From Psilocybe cubensis (Eukaryota), in NCBI GenBank assembly GCA_017499595.2, contig CM039010.1:248001-312000 (forward strand): a stretch of 64,000 nucleotides of DNA, given 5' to 3'. A program made the position numbers and the translations under genes. Below, in pieces: positions 50,999-62,421 of this stretch. Numbering within the stretch: position 1 is the first letter of the stretch; each line of letters begins with the position of its first letter. The notes under the pieces are model-generated. The model had not been told where the DNA came from, made no database searches, and saw nothing but the letters and a program-made list of their open reading frames with translations.

Positions 50999-52602
50999 TT
51001 ACACATAGCAGTCATCAGAAACTGGCAGGACGGTGACCGAAGAAAGAGCACCGTAGCGGTCTCTATGAAGTACATAGATCAAATTGTTGCCTGTAGTATC
51101 CTCGGATTTACGAGCAATAACCGTCTTGAGATGCTTGCATCTAGCCGCAATAGCTTTGAAGTATTCAAGAATTTCAGATTCTTTTCGGATAGATATAGTT
51201 GACCATGGCAGGGATATTGTCTCTACGTATTGAGGTATGCCAAACATGATTCCAAGGTGAGTCTATTGGATCGGTAGTCAGTGTTTATATCAATCAGGCG
51301 TAGTGTTAGTGTATGTTACGACGCACTGATGTCATCGGCGGCAGTCGCCCGTACCAGCTAGTCACTCCTGGGCAAAGCTCCGCAAATTGGTCCATACATT
51401 CCCGATGGATGAGTGAGGTTGTATCCTGCTCCATCATGGAATGTAGCTCAGTGAAGAACTCTAACCGCAGTTTCCTCACAAAGGGAAACTTTTGATCCCT
51501 CGGAGTTGTGTCTGCGTGCATGATGGCCCGAACCATCTGCTTTAGCCTTTCACTCAGGGTGGTGTCCTTGTAAGGACAGTATATCGACAGGGAAGCGAGG
51601 GTAAAAATGGACTGAACATTGTGGCTAGCAAGCAAGGTGATGTTTTCGAGAAACCCTTCGAATGACCTGAGCAAAGGGAGGGAATCTCGGAGTAGATGGT
51701 TTCCGTCAAACTGGAGAAAGAGGTCGTGGGCATTGGTGACATTGTTCTCGACGAGAGGCCTGGTTTTTCCCAGGGATAAATGGGTAATCTGGGGGTGATC
51801 TAATATAAAACGTGTGATTTGCGTGTTGACTTGTGCGGGATTCTCAGCATGTGCCAATGTCCCAAGCTCAAGTGAACGGAGACAGGGAAATCGAAATGTG
51901 TGAAGAGAGCTATAAATCTCTCCCCTGATCTCGCCAACAAACGAAATGTGAGTAATGGTGTTTTTTGAGGCGAACATTGTTTCATTGAGGGGCAAGCAGT
52001 AGTCCGAGTCACTATCATCTGGCAGTAAATATGTCAATTGGAGTTCAACCGTAGAGAAATGGATGAATCATACTCTGCCCAAAATGCCCTTCAATTTCTT
52101 GTAGCCTCGAAAGATCAAATGTGTCTGGCAAGGTTCTAAATCCAGGCCTGTATACAAAACGTCTGAGCTGGTGGCAGCAGCTATGCAAGGTGTAGACGAA
52201 GCGATCAGAACCTGGTCCATTCGAAAAAGGATACCCTCTGAGTTCCAATGACCTAAGATTAATCCAACGCTTGGCGATATCTGGGGCGATCCACTGGTAA
52301 ACTTGCTGAGTCTGTATGAGGGTGGGAGGCATCGTCGTCAGCACAGCCGAGACGATCTTCTGATCAATGCTCTCATGGCCTCGGAGGAAGTCCAGTGTGT
52401 ATTCAAGGTATAAATCATTGCTGCGAAGGTCGATGTGCTGGTAGAGAAGCAAGCATCCTGACAAGTTGAATGATTTGCACACTCTAACCACGTGGGCAAG
52501 GTCTCTTCGCGGGAGCGATGAGAATATGTTGGCGAGAAGCTCGGGAGCAAGCCCACGAAATTTAGACTCCGTAATGATTCTTCTAATTGGAACGTAATGC
52601 AT
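50999..52602 (-). CDS. F-box / LRR-like protein, multi-exon
   Basis: GLAPELLANIFSSLPRRDLAHVVRVCKSFNLSGCLLLYQHIDL (F-box), then repeats NLRSLELRG, CLRSLELG, HPQITHLSL, LPLLRSF. It joins ORFs 52045..52602, 51306..52037 and 50999..51247. Confidence 0.8.
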
Positions 52603-55600
52603 CTTAAAAACCTAGAGCGGTTCAAAACACTGCAGGCATGGTAGAAAATGTCTCTGAAAATGTCACTCACCACTTTTGCCACAAGTCAGGCTCGCACAAG
52701 GCTGCAGATTCCGGAACTGGTGAGGATTTCTAGAGAAATATCAGCGGCGTTTTCTTCTGGTATAGATTAGGGAGATGATAATGGTTGAGGTTCAAAACCC
52801 AGCGCTTATAAAAGGCCGCCCATGATTTTCCCTTTTGACGCCGGCCAGTCCTCGTCATTACACGTGTTCAAAAGAGGGTCTACAAGTACCGTTCAGTGAT
52901 GATACAGATACAGGAGGTATCTGTAAATGTACAACTGTGAAAGATACTGATGAATGTCTTGATGTGCGAACCCCTAGATTGTTTACTCGGGAAACATGAC
53001 GATCTGCCTTTGTCAATTTACAGCAGCAGTCAGGACGATGTTCTCCGAAATAAATGTTCTTTGATGTTGCCTGAGAAGAATCCACAATGCAAATGTGGTT
53101 ACACATAGCGGATCACAACCACAAACTAGAAATTTTCAAGTCAACCTCAATCTTCCGAAAATACACTGCCCGTTACTGTGGAGATCGTGTGTTGATACTA
53201 GACTCGTACGAGTGAAGGAAGCTAAATTTCATCTTCCTGCTTCCATGGTGCTGCTCTTGATGATCATCCGAGGGAAATGGGAGGAGTAGTGATGGATTTA
53301 AGCTCAAGCCCCGCGTGCTTCGGAAGTCAAAATCTTTTAATCGCCGCTTCCTTTCCCTGACAATGATAGACAGACAACAACAACGAGGTCAAACGGCGAT
53401 TACTCTGCAGAAATATGAAGTGATAGCTGATTGGTATTTGAATTTTTTTTCCATTCTGGTGGATCAGTTGATGAAACATGTTGATAAATGTCTTGTAAAC
53501 GTCGTTCAAATGGTAATTCAAGCGAGTGAATCTTTAACCGGGGACTGCGGATTTGAGAAGACTTCAGGCCAAAATTACGCATGGTGGGTGGTAACATGAT
53601 GCACATTGAAGGCCACAACACTGCCATTTACAGACATAAATGAACCTAATTTGCACAGATAAATAAGTGTAGGAATGCCTGCGAGCAGGTTGTGATTGAG
53701 ATGAGGTCTTCTTAGGCATTTCCTTTTTGCTCTGAGGGGTTACTGATGGCGACCTTTGATCGTTGTGCGATTTTCTTTTTCATTGTCCCTATATCTTTAT
53801 GAGTTTCTTGTGAGATCGCCGTCGTTTGTGTCCGGTAACGCGATTTCGCTCCAGCTTATCATTCCTAACCAAGAAATCCGCTTATTTTTCAATGTTGGAC
53901 AGTTGCGGCGAACAAAAAATTTCCAAATATGGATGGTCTTGGAGGACTTGAGACCTAAAAATTGGGTTTGCCCGGATACACTATCGGGAGAGTTTCTTGG
54001 GGCCAGTTGGGGCCTATCCATCAGAACTTCAGTATGATGGGCTAAAATCATAATAAACAGTACCACAGACGGCCATAATATTTACGGCGGGAACTCTCGA
54101 AATAAATATCTTAAGCAGAACGGCTGTATACTGAAAAATTACAGTTTGTTCTCAGACGCCGTGCTGATTATTGTTTTTGTTCGGCAGAGCTATGATCCTT
54201 ACTTCATTACCGGTAAGAATGAATCACTGTTGAATCAGCGTGTCATTTATATTAGCCACTGCTTAAATTCGGTTTAAATGAGACATACTTTGATGATGCC
54301 CCCGTGGTAGTTGTCGGTGTTGTCGTTAGTATTGTTTGAATGCTACCTTTGCGCCTTTGTCTGTAGCGGTTCTTTCTTGAATATAAATATTTAGTTCAAA
54401 TTTTTAGTAAGAGCAAAAGCCTTATCCAAAAGTTGTTCCAAAGGACGTCCAAAACATTGTACTCTTTGTTGTGCGCTTTCATTGTCTTAACTACTGAGAT
54501 TGAAGATGAATATATTTCTGCTATTAGCACTTGTAGATAACAACAAAATTTCATCAAATATTTTTTCTTGTCGAAGATTAAATCAAAACAGCCAGGAATA
54601 GCTCATGCTTCGGCCCAAGGTCTTGTAATAAAATGTCTCTGCTGGCAAGCACCTCATCAATATAGTGGCATATAGTATGGTATTTGATCACAGTGATTTT
54701 CAACGCCAGCTGGAGTGGCTAACATGCGGCTTATTTGTTTAACCTGAGAATAAATCCTATAAGTAATGTTTTGCATAGTAGGTACAAGTTAAAAGGAAAT
54801 TGTCCGCCACTGGTGAAGCCTGCCTGCATGTTTTAAATATTCTAAAGTTACGCTGAGACTGATATCCATTATCCAAAAATACTAAGCTCAAGTGGACGTT
54901 CTCAGTCGTGGGTTACGCCTGATACGTCGGCCCTATGCGAGTTATTCTCTTTTTTTTTGATGGAGCGTTTGATTAGCTTGTCGCTACGGCCTTTCCGCGC
55001 TAGGAGCCCGCTAGTTAGTACTAAGGTTTTATGTGCCCCAGCTCACATTTTATAATCGGGCAGCGCTAACCACCAGGAAGAAATGCATTTATGCAGACAA
55101 GTTGAAGAGCCTTTTACAGGTTCAACAAGTACTGTGGGACTCGACGTTATGGCCACTACCCACTAAAACTATAGTAAGGTCGGCCACGATAACTCGTGCC
55201 AGGGCGATGGCACTTGCGGCTAAGCCATCTTGCCCCTATGCGAACTAATGATCTCACACACCGATCACGCCCGAAATCCAAACAAGATATAAGTCACTCG
55301 AAAAGATTTTCAGTTGAGAGAGAAATTGTGAAAATTCGAGATGAAGAGATAAATTGGGAAGGATGCCAGAAATCCGTTGTTTTGGATATTCTGTGGGTGC
55401 GTAGGCTTTGGCGGGAGGTCTGAAAATACAAAGGTTGAGGCAAGCAACAACAGCGACATTGGATGACTTTGGTGTATTTGAGTGAGAGTTTGAAGAGTAC
55501 GTTGGAATTGCTTCTCCCATGCCAATAAATGAATGACTACTATAAAGGGTGTTCAAGATGACATGGTATCAATAAAAGCAAGAGAATCAATCAGATGATA

Positions 55601-55655
55601 ATTCAGTTACAGAAAATACAATTTGTTTGTGAGATATTGTTCTTGTTAATACTCT

Positions 55656-56439
55656 TTAAAGCTTGGAACCACCGACAGCCTCGTTGTAGCGAGCCTCAGC
55701 TTCTTCAAAGTTGATGACGTTCCAGATGGCAGCAAGGTACTGAATTTGTGCGTCAGACATTGTTCGGAAGGCAGAAACAGAACAACTTACGTCGACTTTG
55801 ACGTTCTTGTACTGGAGGTAGAAGGCGTGCTCCCAGATGTCGACGCCAATAATGGGGACGAGGTGAAGAAGAGGGTCCTGGTTGGCGGTGGTCGCAATCT
55901 CGAGTTGCTTGTTGGCAGGGTTGACGCCCTGACACGAATTGTTAATTATAGGCTACTTGAGACAGACAGATTAGATCAAATACGCACGAGCCATCCCCAT
56001 CCTGACCCCTGAATGCCGGCAGTGGTAGCATTGAACTCCTTCTTCAGGTTATCAAGCGATCCAAAAGTCTTTTCAATGGCAGACTTGAAGGGTCCGTCAC
56101 GAAGGACACCGCCGGTGCCTTTGTTGACTGCCGCAGAGGGAGCGAGGTTCTTCCAGAAAAGAGAGTGGTTGATGTGGCCTGATCAGCGGTGATAAGCATT
56201 CCGATAACATTTTTATCTTCAGAAATGAAATCGGCACCTCCTCCGTTGAACTTGAGGGCAGCCTGGAGAGCAATTCTCTCCTTGGGAGTCGAGGCTTTGG
56301 CGTACGAGGCCTCAGCAGCGTTCAGGGCGTTGACATACGTCTGATGATGCTTAGTGTGGTGAAGAACCATTATTTCTTCCGAAATATAAGGCTCGAGAGC
56401 ATTGTAAGGGTAAGGAAGAGGTGGGAGTGTGTGGGCCAT
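55656..56439 (-). CDS. Manganese superoxide dismutase with no N-terminal presequence and C-terminal SKL; 4 exons
   Basis: [81 protein letters not shown]; ends EAVGGSKL*. Confidence 0.96.
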
Positions 56440-57186
56440 GTTTATGCGACTGTTAAAGTGGTGGTTGGGGTTTAAAACCTGGAAAGCGCTACGCCGTTTA
56501 TCGATGAGACTGGCTCGCCGTGTGATGTCACAACACGTGCAGCGTTTATGGCGCAAGCGCGACTGAATTCGAACGTTGAGTCAGCGTAGTATTGGCACAG
56601 CCACATTTGCGCACTTCCGTATTCGACGGGCATTCTGGACAAAATTTATGTTTGTGACAATCTGTAAATACTAGTATTGTCAAATACTTGCAAGTCATTT
56701 CTCTTCAAAGTTTTAACAAAAATTATTATTTTGATATTCTTAAGAAACAAAGCAGAAATTGCAGATGTTATCTGCCAGCCGAATTACCGACACAGCGACA
56801 TTCCCGCCATCTTCAACATAAAGTTTTGGGGAGTAACGCTGCAAGAAACATCCTCTCCGTCAAAATTTCTCAAACTTTGCCATTTTTTTGCCTCCGATTT
56901 AAACTTGTGTACCTCCCGGAGTAAGATCGTGCTCGAAAGCGTCTGGGCGAGACTACATTTTCCCCTACACTGATTCATACAAAATGACTTTGCCGAATGC
57001 CTTCCTACTCTTGGTTACCACGGCGAACAGCTTTACACCAAGAATAATTGCGAGGCTGTGAGTCATGACTGACATCGCGTAACCTTTAAATACCAGTACA
57101 GTTCTTTAGAACAGGCGAACCCAGCCTTTTGACAAGGCAAAAGCTACCCTCTCTTTCCCACTGTAACAGCAGCATGCTGTTTTGTG

Positions 57187-59805
57187 ATGTTCAACAAGGC
57201 AAAGAATATTCTTATCTCTGGAGGGTCGTTTGTAAAACAGGAAGAACATCATCATCATGGACCGTCTTCGGTGCACATTCAGACCATCAGAAAGAGCGGT
57301 ACGAACGTCGTTTTATAACTGTTTTTAAACTCTTATCATGTCCTGGTAGCTATGGACCGGTTGATGGAATCTGCATCCCTAGGGGCGCTTCATAACTCAG
57401 GAGAAAGACTCGAGCCTCCGAAATGTCATCCCAAGACGCGAACAGCTATACTTCACTATTTGATGAAATGGATCATTGGACACGTCGGATGGGACATATT
57501 TGTCCTTTGGCTTTATGGCCCGGCAGGTGCAGGAAAATCGGCTATTGCTCAAACACTGGCTGAAAGATGTTTGGAAACGAACATTTTGCTCGCAACTTTC
57601 TTTTTCTGCAGGTCAGATCCAAGGAGGAACAATGACAAGGTTTTGGTTGCAACGTTGGTCTATCAAATGGCTATGCATCTTCCTGGGTTTTGGGAAATTG
57701 TCGAAGTGGCTATCGAGCACAATCCTGCCATTTTTCATCTGAACTTTGAGGCTCAATTCCAGACGCTACTTGTCGACCCTCTTCTTCGAATTTCAAGGAC
57801 CGGCATTTTCGAATCAAATGCTGCTTTCCCATATATATTCATCATTGATGGTCTAGATGAATGTTCTGGCTCTGACTCTCAAACTATAATACTAAATACG
57901 ATTTCCAGCACCCTTCAAAAGCATCGTTCAGCTCTTCCTTTTAAATTTTATATCGGCAGTCGACCGGAGCGCCACTTGGCAATGTCTTTCTCAACCACAT
58001 CTCTCAACCATTTAACATACCAGCTGGTACTCGACAATTCATACCACCCCGACAAGGACATCAGACTCTATTTGACGGATTCGTTGCGTGCTATACGAAA
58101 GGCCCATGTCGTGCGTGGACATATTCCAGCATACTGGCCGTCGGAGGAAGACGTTAATAGAATAGTCAAGAAATCATCCGGTCAGTTTATCTATGCAGCG
58201 ACAATCCTTCGATATCTCTCCTCTCCCCGATACAACCCAGTGCACCGCCTCAAGGTCATTCATGGATTACTTCCGCCTGACAACGATAAACCATATGCGG
58301 AAATTGACTCTTTATATCACAGCATCCTCTCGTCGGTGGAGAACGTTGAAGCTGCATTGACTGTGTTAGGGGTACATTTGGTCATTCGGAGCTCAATGAG
58401 TGTCAACCAACTGGAGAAATTTATGTTACTCCCGCCCGGCACCATTAGACTCCTCTTAGTTGACTTGACGTCAATAGTGACCGTTCCATCTACTAACTGG
58501 GAACCCCTTCGCATGATTCATGAATCATTCATCGACTTCCTTTTTGACGCGACACGATCTCTACAATTCTACATTGACCCAAGCAGAATGCACGAAGAGG
58601 TAGTGCGGTACTGTGTAGCTCAAATCAAGGTTTTCTGCTTCTCAGGTCAGTCAGTTCTTGGTGTATAACCTGCTCGCTCTAGGACTAAATGTATGGAAAC
58701 AGTACTCGTTGATCCAACGTCCGAAATTTACTTCCTCATGTACGCATTCCGAGAGCTTGCATATCATCTTTGGTTGTCTGGTCCTCTATCAAGCAATCCT
58801 GCTCTATGGGAAGAAGTTCGCACTCTGCCTTTCTTGACGTTTGTGAATGAGATTCACAGGAAGCACACCCTCGTTTCCAGTCGAACTCCAGGAGAGGTCA
58901 TCAAGCACTTCCTAAATACTTTGAAATGCTCGGTGCGTGCTTGTGTAGTCGACTTCTATGTATTTGTTGACTGTGTATAGGATTTATGGCGTACCGAGGA
59001 GCTTTATTTGTATCATCGAGACGTTTGGGATAAAGCAATGCTAGATACACTCTCGTTGGTCCCAAACAGCCCTGGACTTGCGTTCTGGATTGCTGTATGT
59101 CTCGAACCTCCTGATTCCCTGAGGTACGGAGTGTATCGCAACACTCTTCTGGCTTTACCCTCCTGTACATTTTCCTCTTCCGATTCACTACTCTATCTGC
59201 CGTTCACGCTATTTACGGGCCACATATTACTTCCACCTCACGCGTGTGGCAGTGCCATCCGGCGCTGGTCGCTGGGAGTGTCATGGGCCAGCATCAATGC
59301 CGACTACTTTGCTCTCGTCCGCGAATTTCTGGGAGATCCATCCCGCGCAGGATCATACGCCATGGATAAATCCGCTTTTACTTTGGCAGCAGAATTTATT
59401 GTCGAATTTGCCATGAGACCCTGGGACGATAAGAAGGCTAAAATTGTTACGGGAAATGATTCTCGGCAATGGGACCTGATCTGGGACGCCCTTGTGTCCG
59501 TTTTGTCGAGGGCAGGGAGGTCAGATAAGTTGTTGAAGATGCTCAATCATAGCATCGTAACTTTTACTTTGGGTTGCCCGTCGTATTTCTGGAAAGCAGA
59601 GGACGGCTTGCGAACAATGTGGCGAGTCGTTAATGAGTATATATTGGCACATACTGGTACTACTCCCCCCGGATTTGGCATCCTCATTGACTGGACTGAC
59701 TCGGTAAACGGAGCTACTCAACCATCAACGTATTACATCGGCTCCAAATGGATTCATACGGATGTGGTGTATAATCTGGACAAATCCATCGTAGAAGCGC
59801 ACTGA
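57187..59805 (+). CDS. NACHT-domain NLR-like (STAND) protein; 4 exons
   Basis: Exon 1 MFNKAKNILISGGSFV...IRKS; in-frame intron 57299-57349; GALHNSGERLEPPKCHPKTR, Walker A WLYGPAGAGKSAIAQT, Walker B IIDGLDEC, GSRPE, KSSGQFIYAAT, IDSLY, HESFIDFL. Further introns at 58646-58702 and 58933-58980. Confidence 0.92.
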
Positions 59806-60121
59806 TTGTTAATGAATAAATAACAATAACCTTCCAAGGAATTAGGGAGCGTTTCACTCATTCAACTACTCTGAGGCGCCTATTTAATGATTCCAATACA
59901 ATTCATTCATTTTTCCCACATCTATGCTTGATTTAGTACACCAGATTGTTACTTGAAAATGTAGAGAATATGATATATTTACTTCTATATCTTGTTATTT
60001 AGCCATGCCTGACCCAGAAACTCCGAGACCGTATGCTTTAATCATCCCCAAGTTAACTTTCTCACGGCCCCAATTTAACAAGTTCAAATTTTGCCACCAC
60101 ACCGTCACGATGAACTAACCA

Positions 60122-60285
60122 ATGCACTAACATACCCCAGCATGCACAGGCATGTACTGACACATCTTGACTGCACTGACATTGCACTGACATCACTGCA
60201 GTCTGCACTGACATTGCACTGACATTACTGTGGTATGCACTGACATGCACTGACCGCACTGACATTGCACTGACATTTTCCAGTG
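60122..60285 (+). repeat. Clustered short direct repeats (TGCACTGACAT), possible transposon subterminal relic
   Basis: Eight exact GCACTGAC copies plus the variants TGCACTAACAT and TGTACTGACAC within about 165 bp, ending at TTTTCCAGTG. Confidence 0.8.
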
Positions 60286-60342
60286 CCCAACGATTAAGTA
60301 TCCTACAAACCCACAAAACTCATTTTTTACTGTTAAAGGCAA

Positions 60343-61642
60343 TTACACCCGATTTGGCAGGGGTTCCGAACCCGTATTGGAATCTCCATGGATCTTTTCT
60401 GTAGACGATACATATTCTTCATCAATACTAGTCTCATCTTGCCTGGTTCGTCCGCTCTGGAACTTGAGACCAGATAAATGAGTGATAGTGGAGAGATGGG
60501 TGTTGTCAAAACTTGTCATGGAAATTCTTGCGACGACCATGGTTGGAGCCATTCCCTGCAAGTGATATACTCAGCATATGATTATGCGAATGCATAAGAA
60601 TTACTTACTCCAATAATTGGAAGAACCACCTGTGGCCAGAACTGGCCAGCACTATAGGAAGCGATAGCTCCTGAACAAAAGATGGTGTTGAAAAAAATTA
60701 CGACAGCGTAAAGAGCTGCTGATTGAATTAATATTTCAACGATGTGCTTGAACCTTCCCATCCGAGTGACTCCATCTAAACGAGCTGTTGTGTGTATCCT
60801 GTAACCAATGAGGACTGTCGTAATAAAGGTCGTCCCGAATGATATACAAAGATCAACAACCTGAAGATTGTTTATGAAGCGAGCGAGGGAGGGACTTGTT
60901 AACTGCGGAATTTTGAAGGCGTATATCGTAACAACAACAAAGAAGACTTAGAGAGAGGGGGGTTGAGTACTGAGTACTTATGCATCCTCATTAGAAAATC
61001 CGGGCGCTTACCAGTTTCTGAGAGAAGAAAAAATAATGGGAGGGAGATGATACGCAATGAGCGACCCCAGATATGAAAACATCGCCATATCTAAGAGGCA
61101 TTTAGTGAGTCATTGCACATCTAGCTCTGGCCATGTAGAGACACGTACCAGAAGGGAATCAGCGACGATGGGCAGCGAGAACTGGAGCATGACGTATATT
61201 ATGAATGTCCAAACAGGAGCTTGTACAGAGGCGATAAACATGGTTTCCCTCGTTTCTCCGTTGTCGACAAAGGTCCAATTTAGGCTGTACCAGTTCATGC
61301 TAAATATGACAGCGCACATAAGGTACAGAGCTGTTATGGTTGCTACGACAATCCTGCGCTGTGCATTTGGGCCCTTCTTGGACACTGTTGGAGCATGGAG
61401 GTCATTGAGACAACTCGCTGGGCATGGATGGATGAAGACCCACAATACAGGTACATAGTACTAAAATACACCATCGTATAAAACCCTAGAGTGCAGAGAG
61501 GGAGACAGTTAGTATGTATGAGCGGTTTGCGAAGAAATATCTATATACCCATCAAAAAGCATTGTGTCATTATCGAGTTAACCTGATTGCTGACCACGGA
61601 TATTTGAATTGAAAGCGGCGGCAATCCTCTGTCATCCGACAT
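60343..61642 (-). CDS. Multi-pass (about 7 TM) membrane protein of an Agaricomycete-expanded family; about 6 exons
   Basis: MSDDRGLPP...NSIMTQCFLMG | FYTMVYFSTMYLY | ...VDNGETRETMF...IVADSLL | IWRCFHIWGRSLRIISLP | ...TTVLIGYRI...IVEILIQSAALY | GMAPTMVVARI. Confidence 0.8.
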
Positions 61643-62421
61643 TTTGACCAACGGACTGGTGCTATACACGGTTCGACGAAAATTGCGAACCAGCAAAAAG
61701 TGCCGCTCGATTGCTTCAAAACACCATGGATTTGGAGAGAATTGGGGTTTCTCAGTGGGTGCTGAATGTGATAAACCATTGTGCGAAATCTGATAGTGGG
61801 TATGTGAATGGAAGGCGTTGGAAGAGACGGGGTTGTGATAAATCTAAGGGTGAGTGAGACGCCAACGTCGGCTGCAAAAACCGCCTACTGCAAATATGTG
61901 GTCTATAAGCTTGGCTTCTCAAACGGAGACAGTAGCGGAAAATAGCGGAAAATGACATACCTGCATCAACCACACGGATATTCCCAAGTGTAATCATGTG
62001 CGCCGCGATTTGTGTTCCCAACACCACGGAACATCGGACAACGGAATTCGCAGAATCGCAATTCCACATACTGCCTGTGTACCCACATGCTGAAAATGTT
62101 GTGAGTGGAGAAACTTGAAGGAAATGTAAAAGGAACATCTCATCACCATAAAACAAATAGTCAAAGATCAGTGCAATAAGTGCAAAACATCATCTATGTA
62201 AATACAGAAAAACGAAGCTAAGAAAAAACTTGCTAAGGAAATATGTATGTATGTGACAATGCGAATGTAAAAGAAAGTCCCAAATGAAAAACGACATTAA
62301 TAAGAAAACCAGTGCAGACGAAAGAAAGAAAGAAAGATTGATAGCAGGTTTATGGAGGATGAGGGTGGTAATACAATTGAAAAAATACAGGTGCTAGATG
62401 CGATCGCCTCTTCTGACTCAC

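Noticed and set aside
60122-60285. CRISPR-like array
   Set aside because: Eukaryotic context, repeats of only 8-11 bp, no regular unique spacers and no cas genes.
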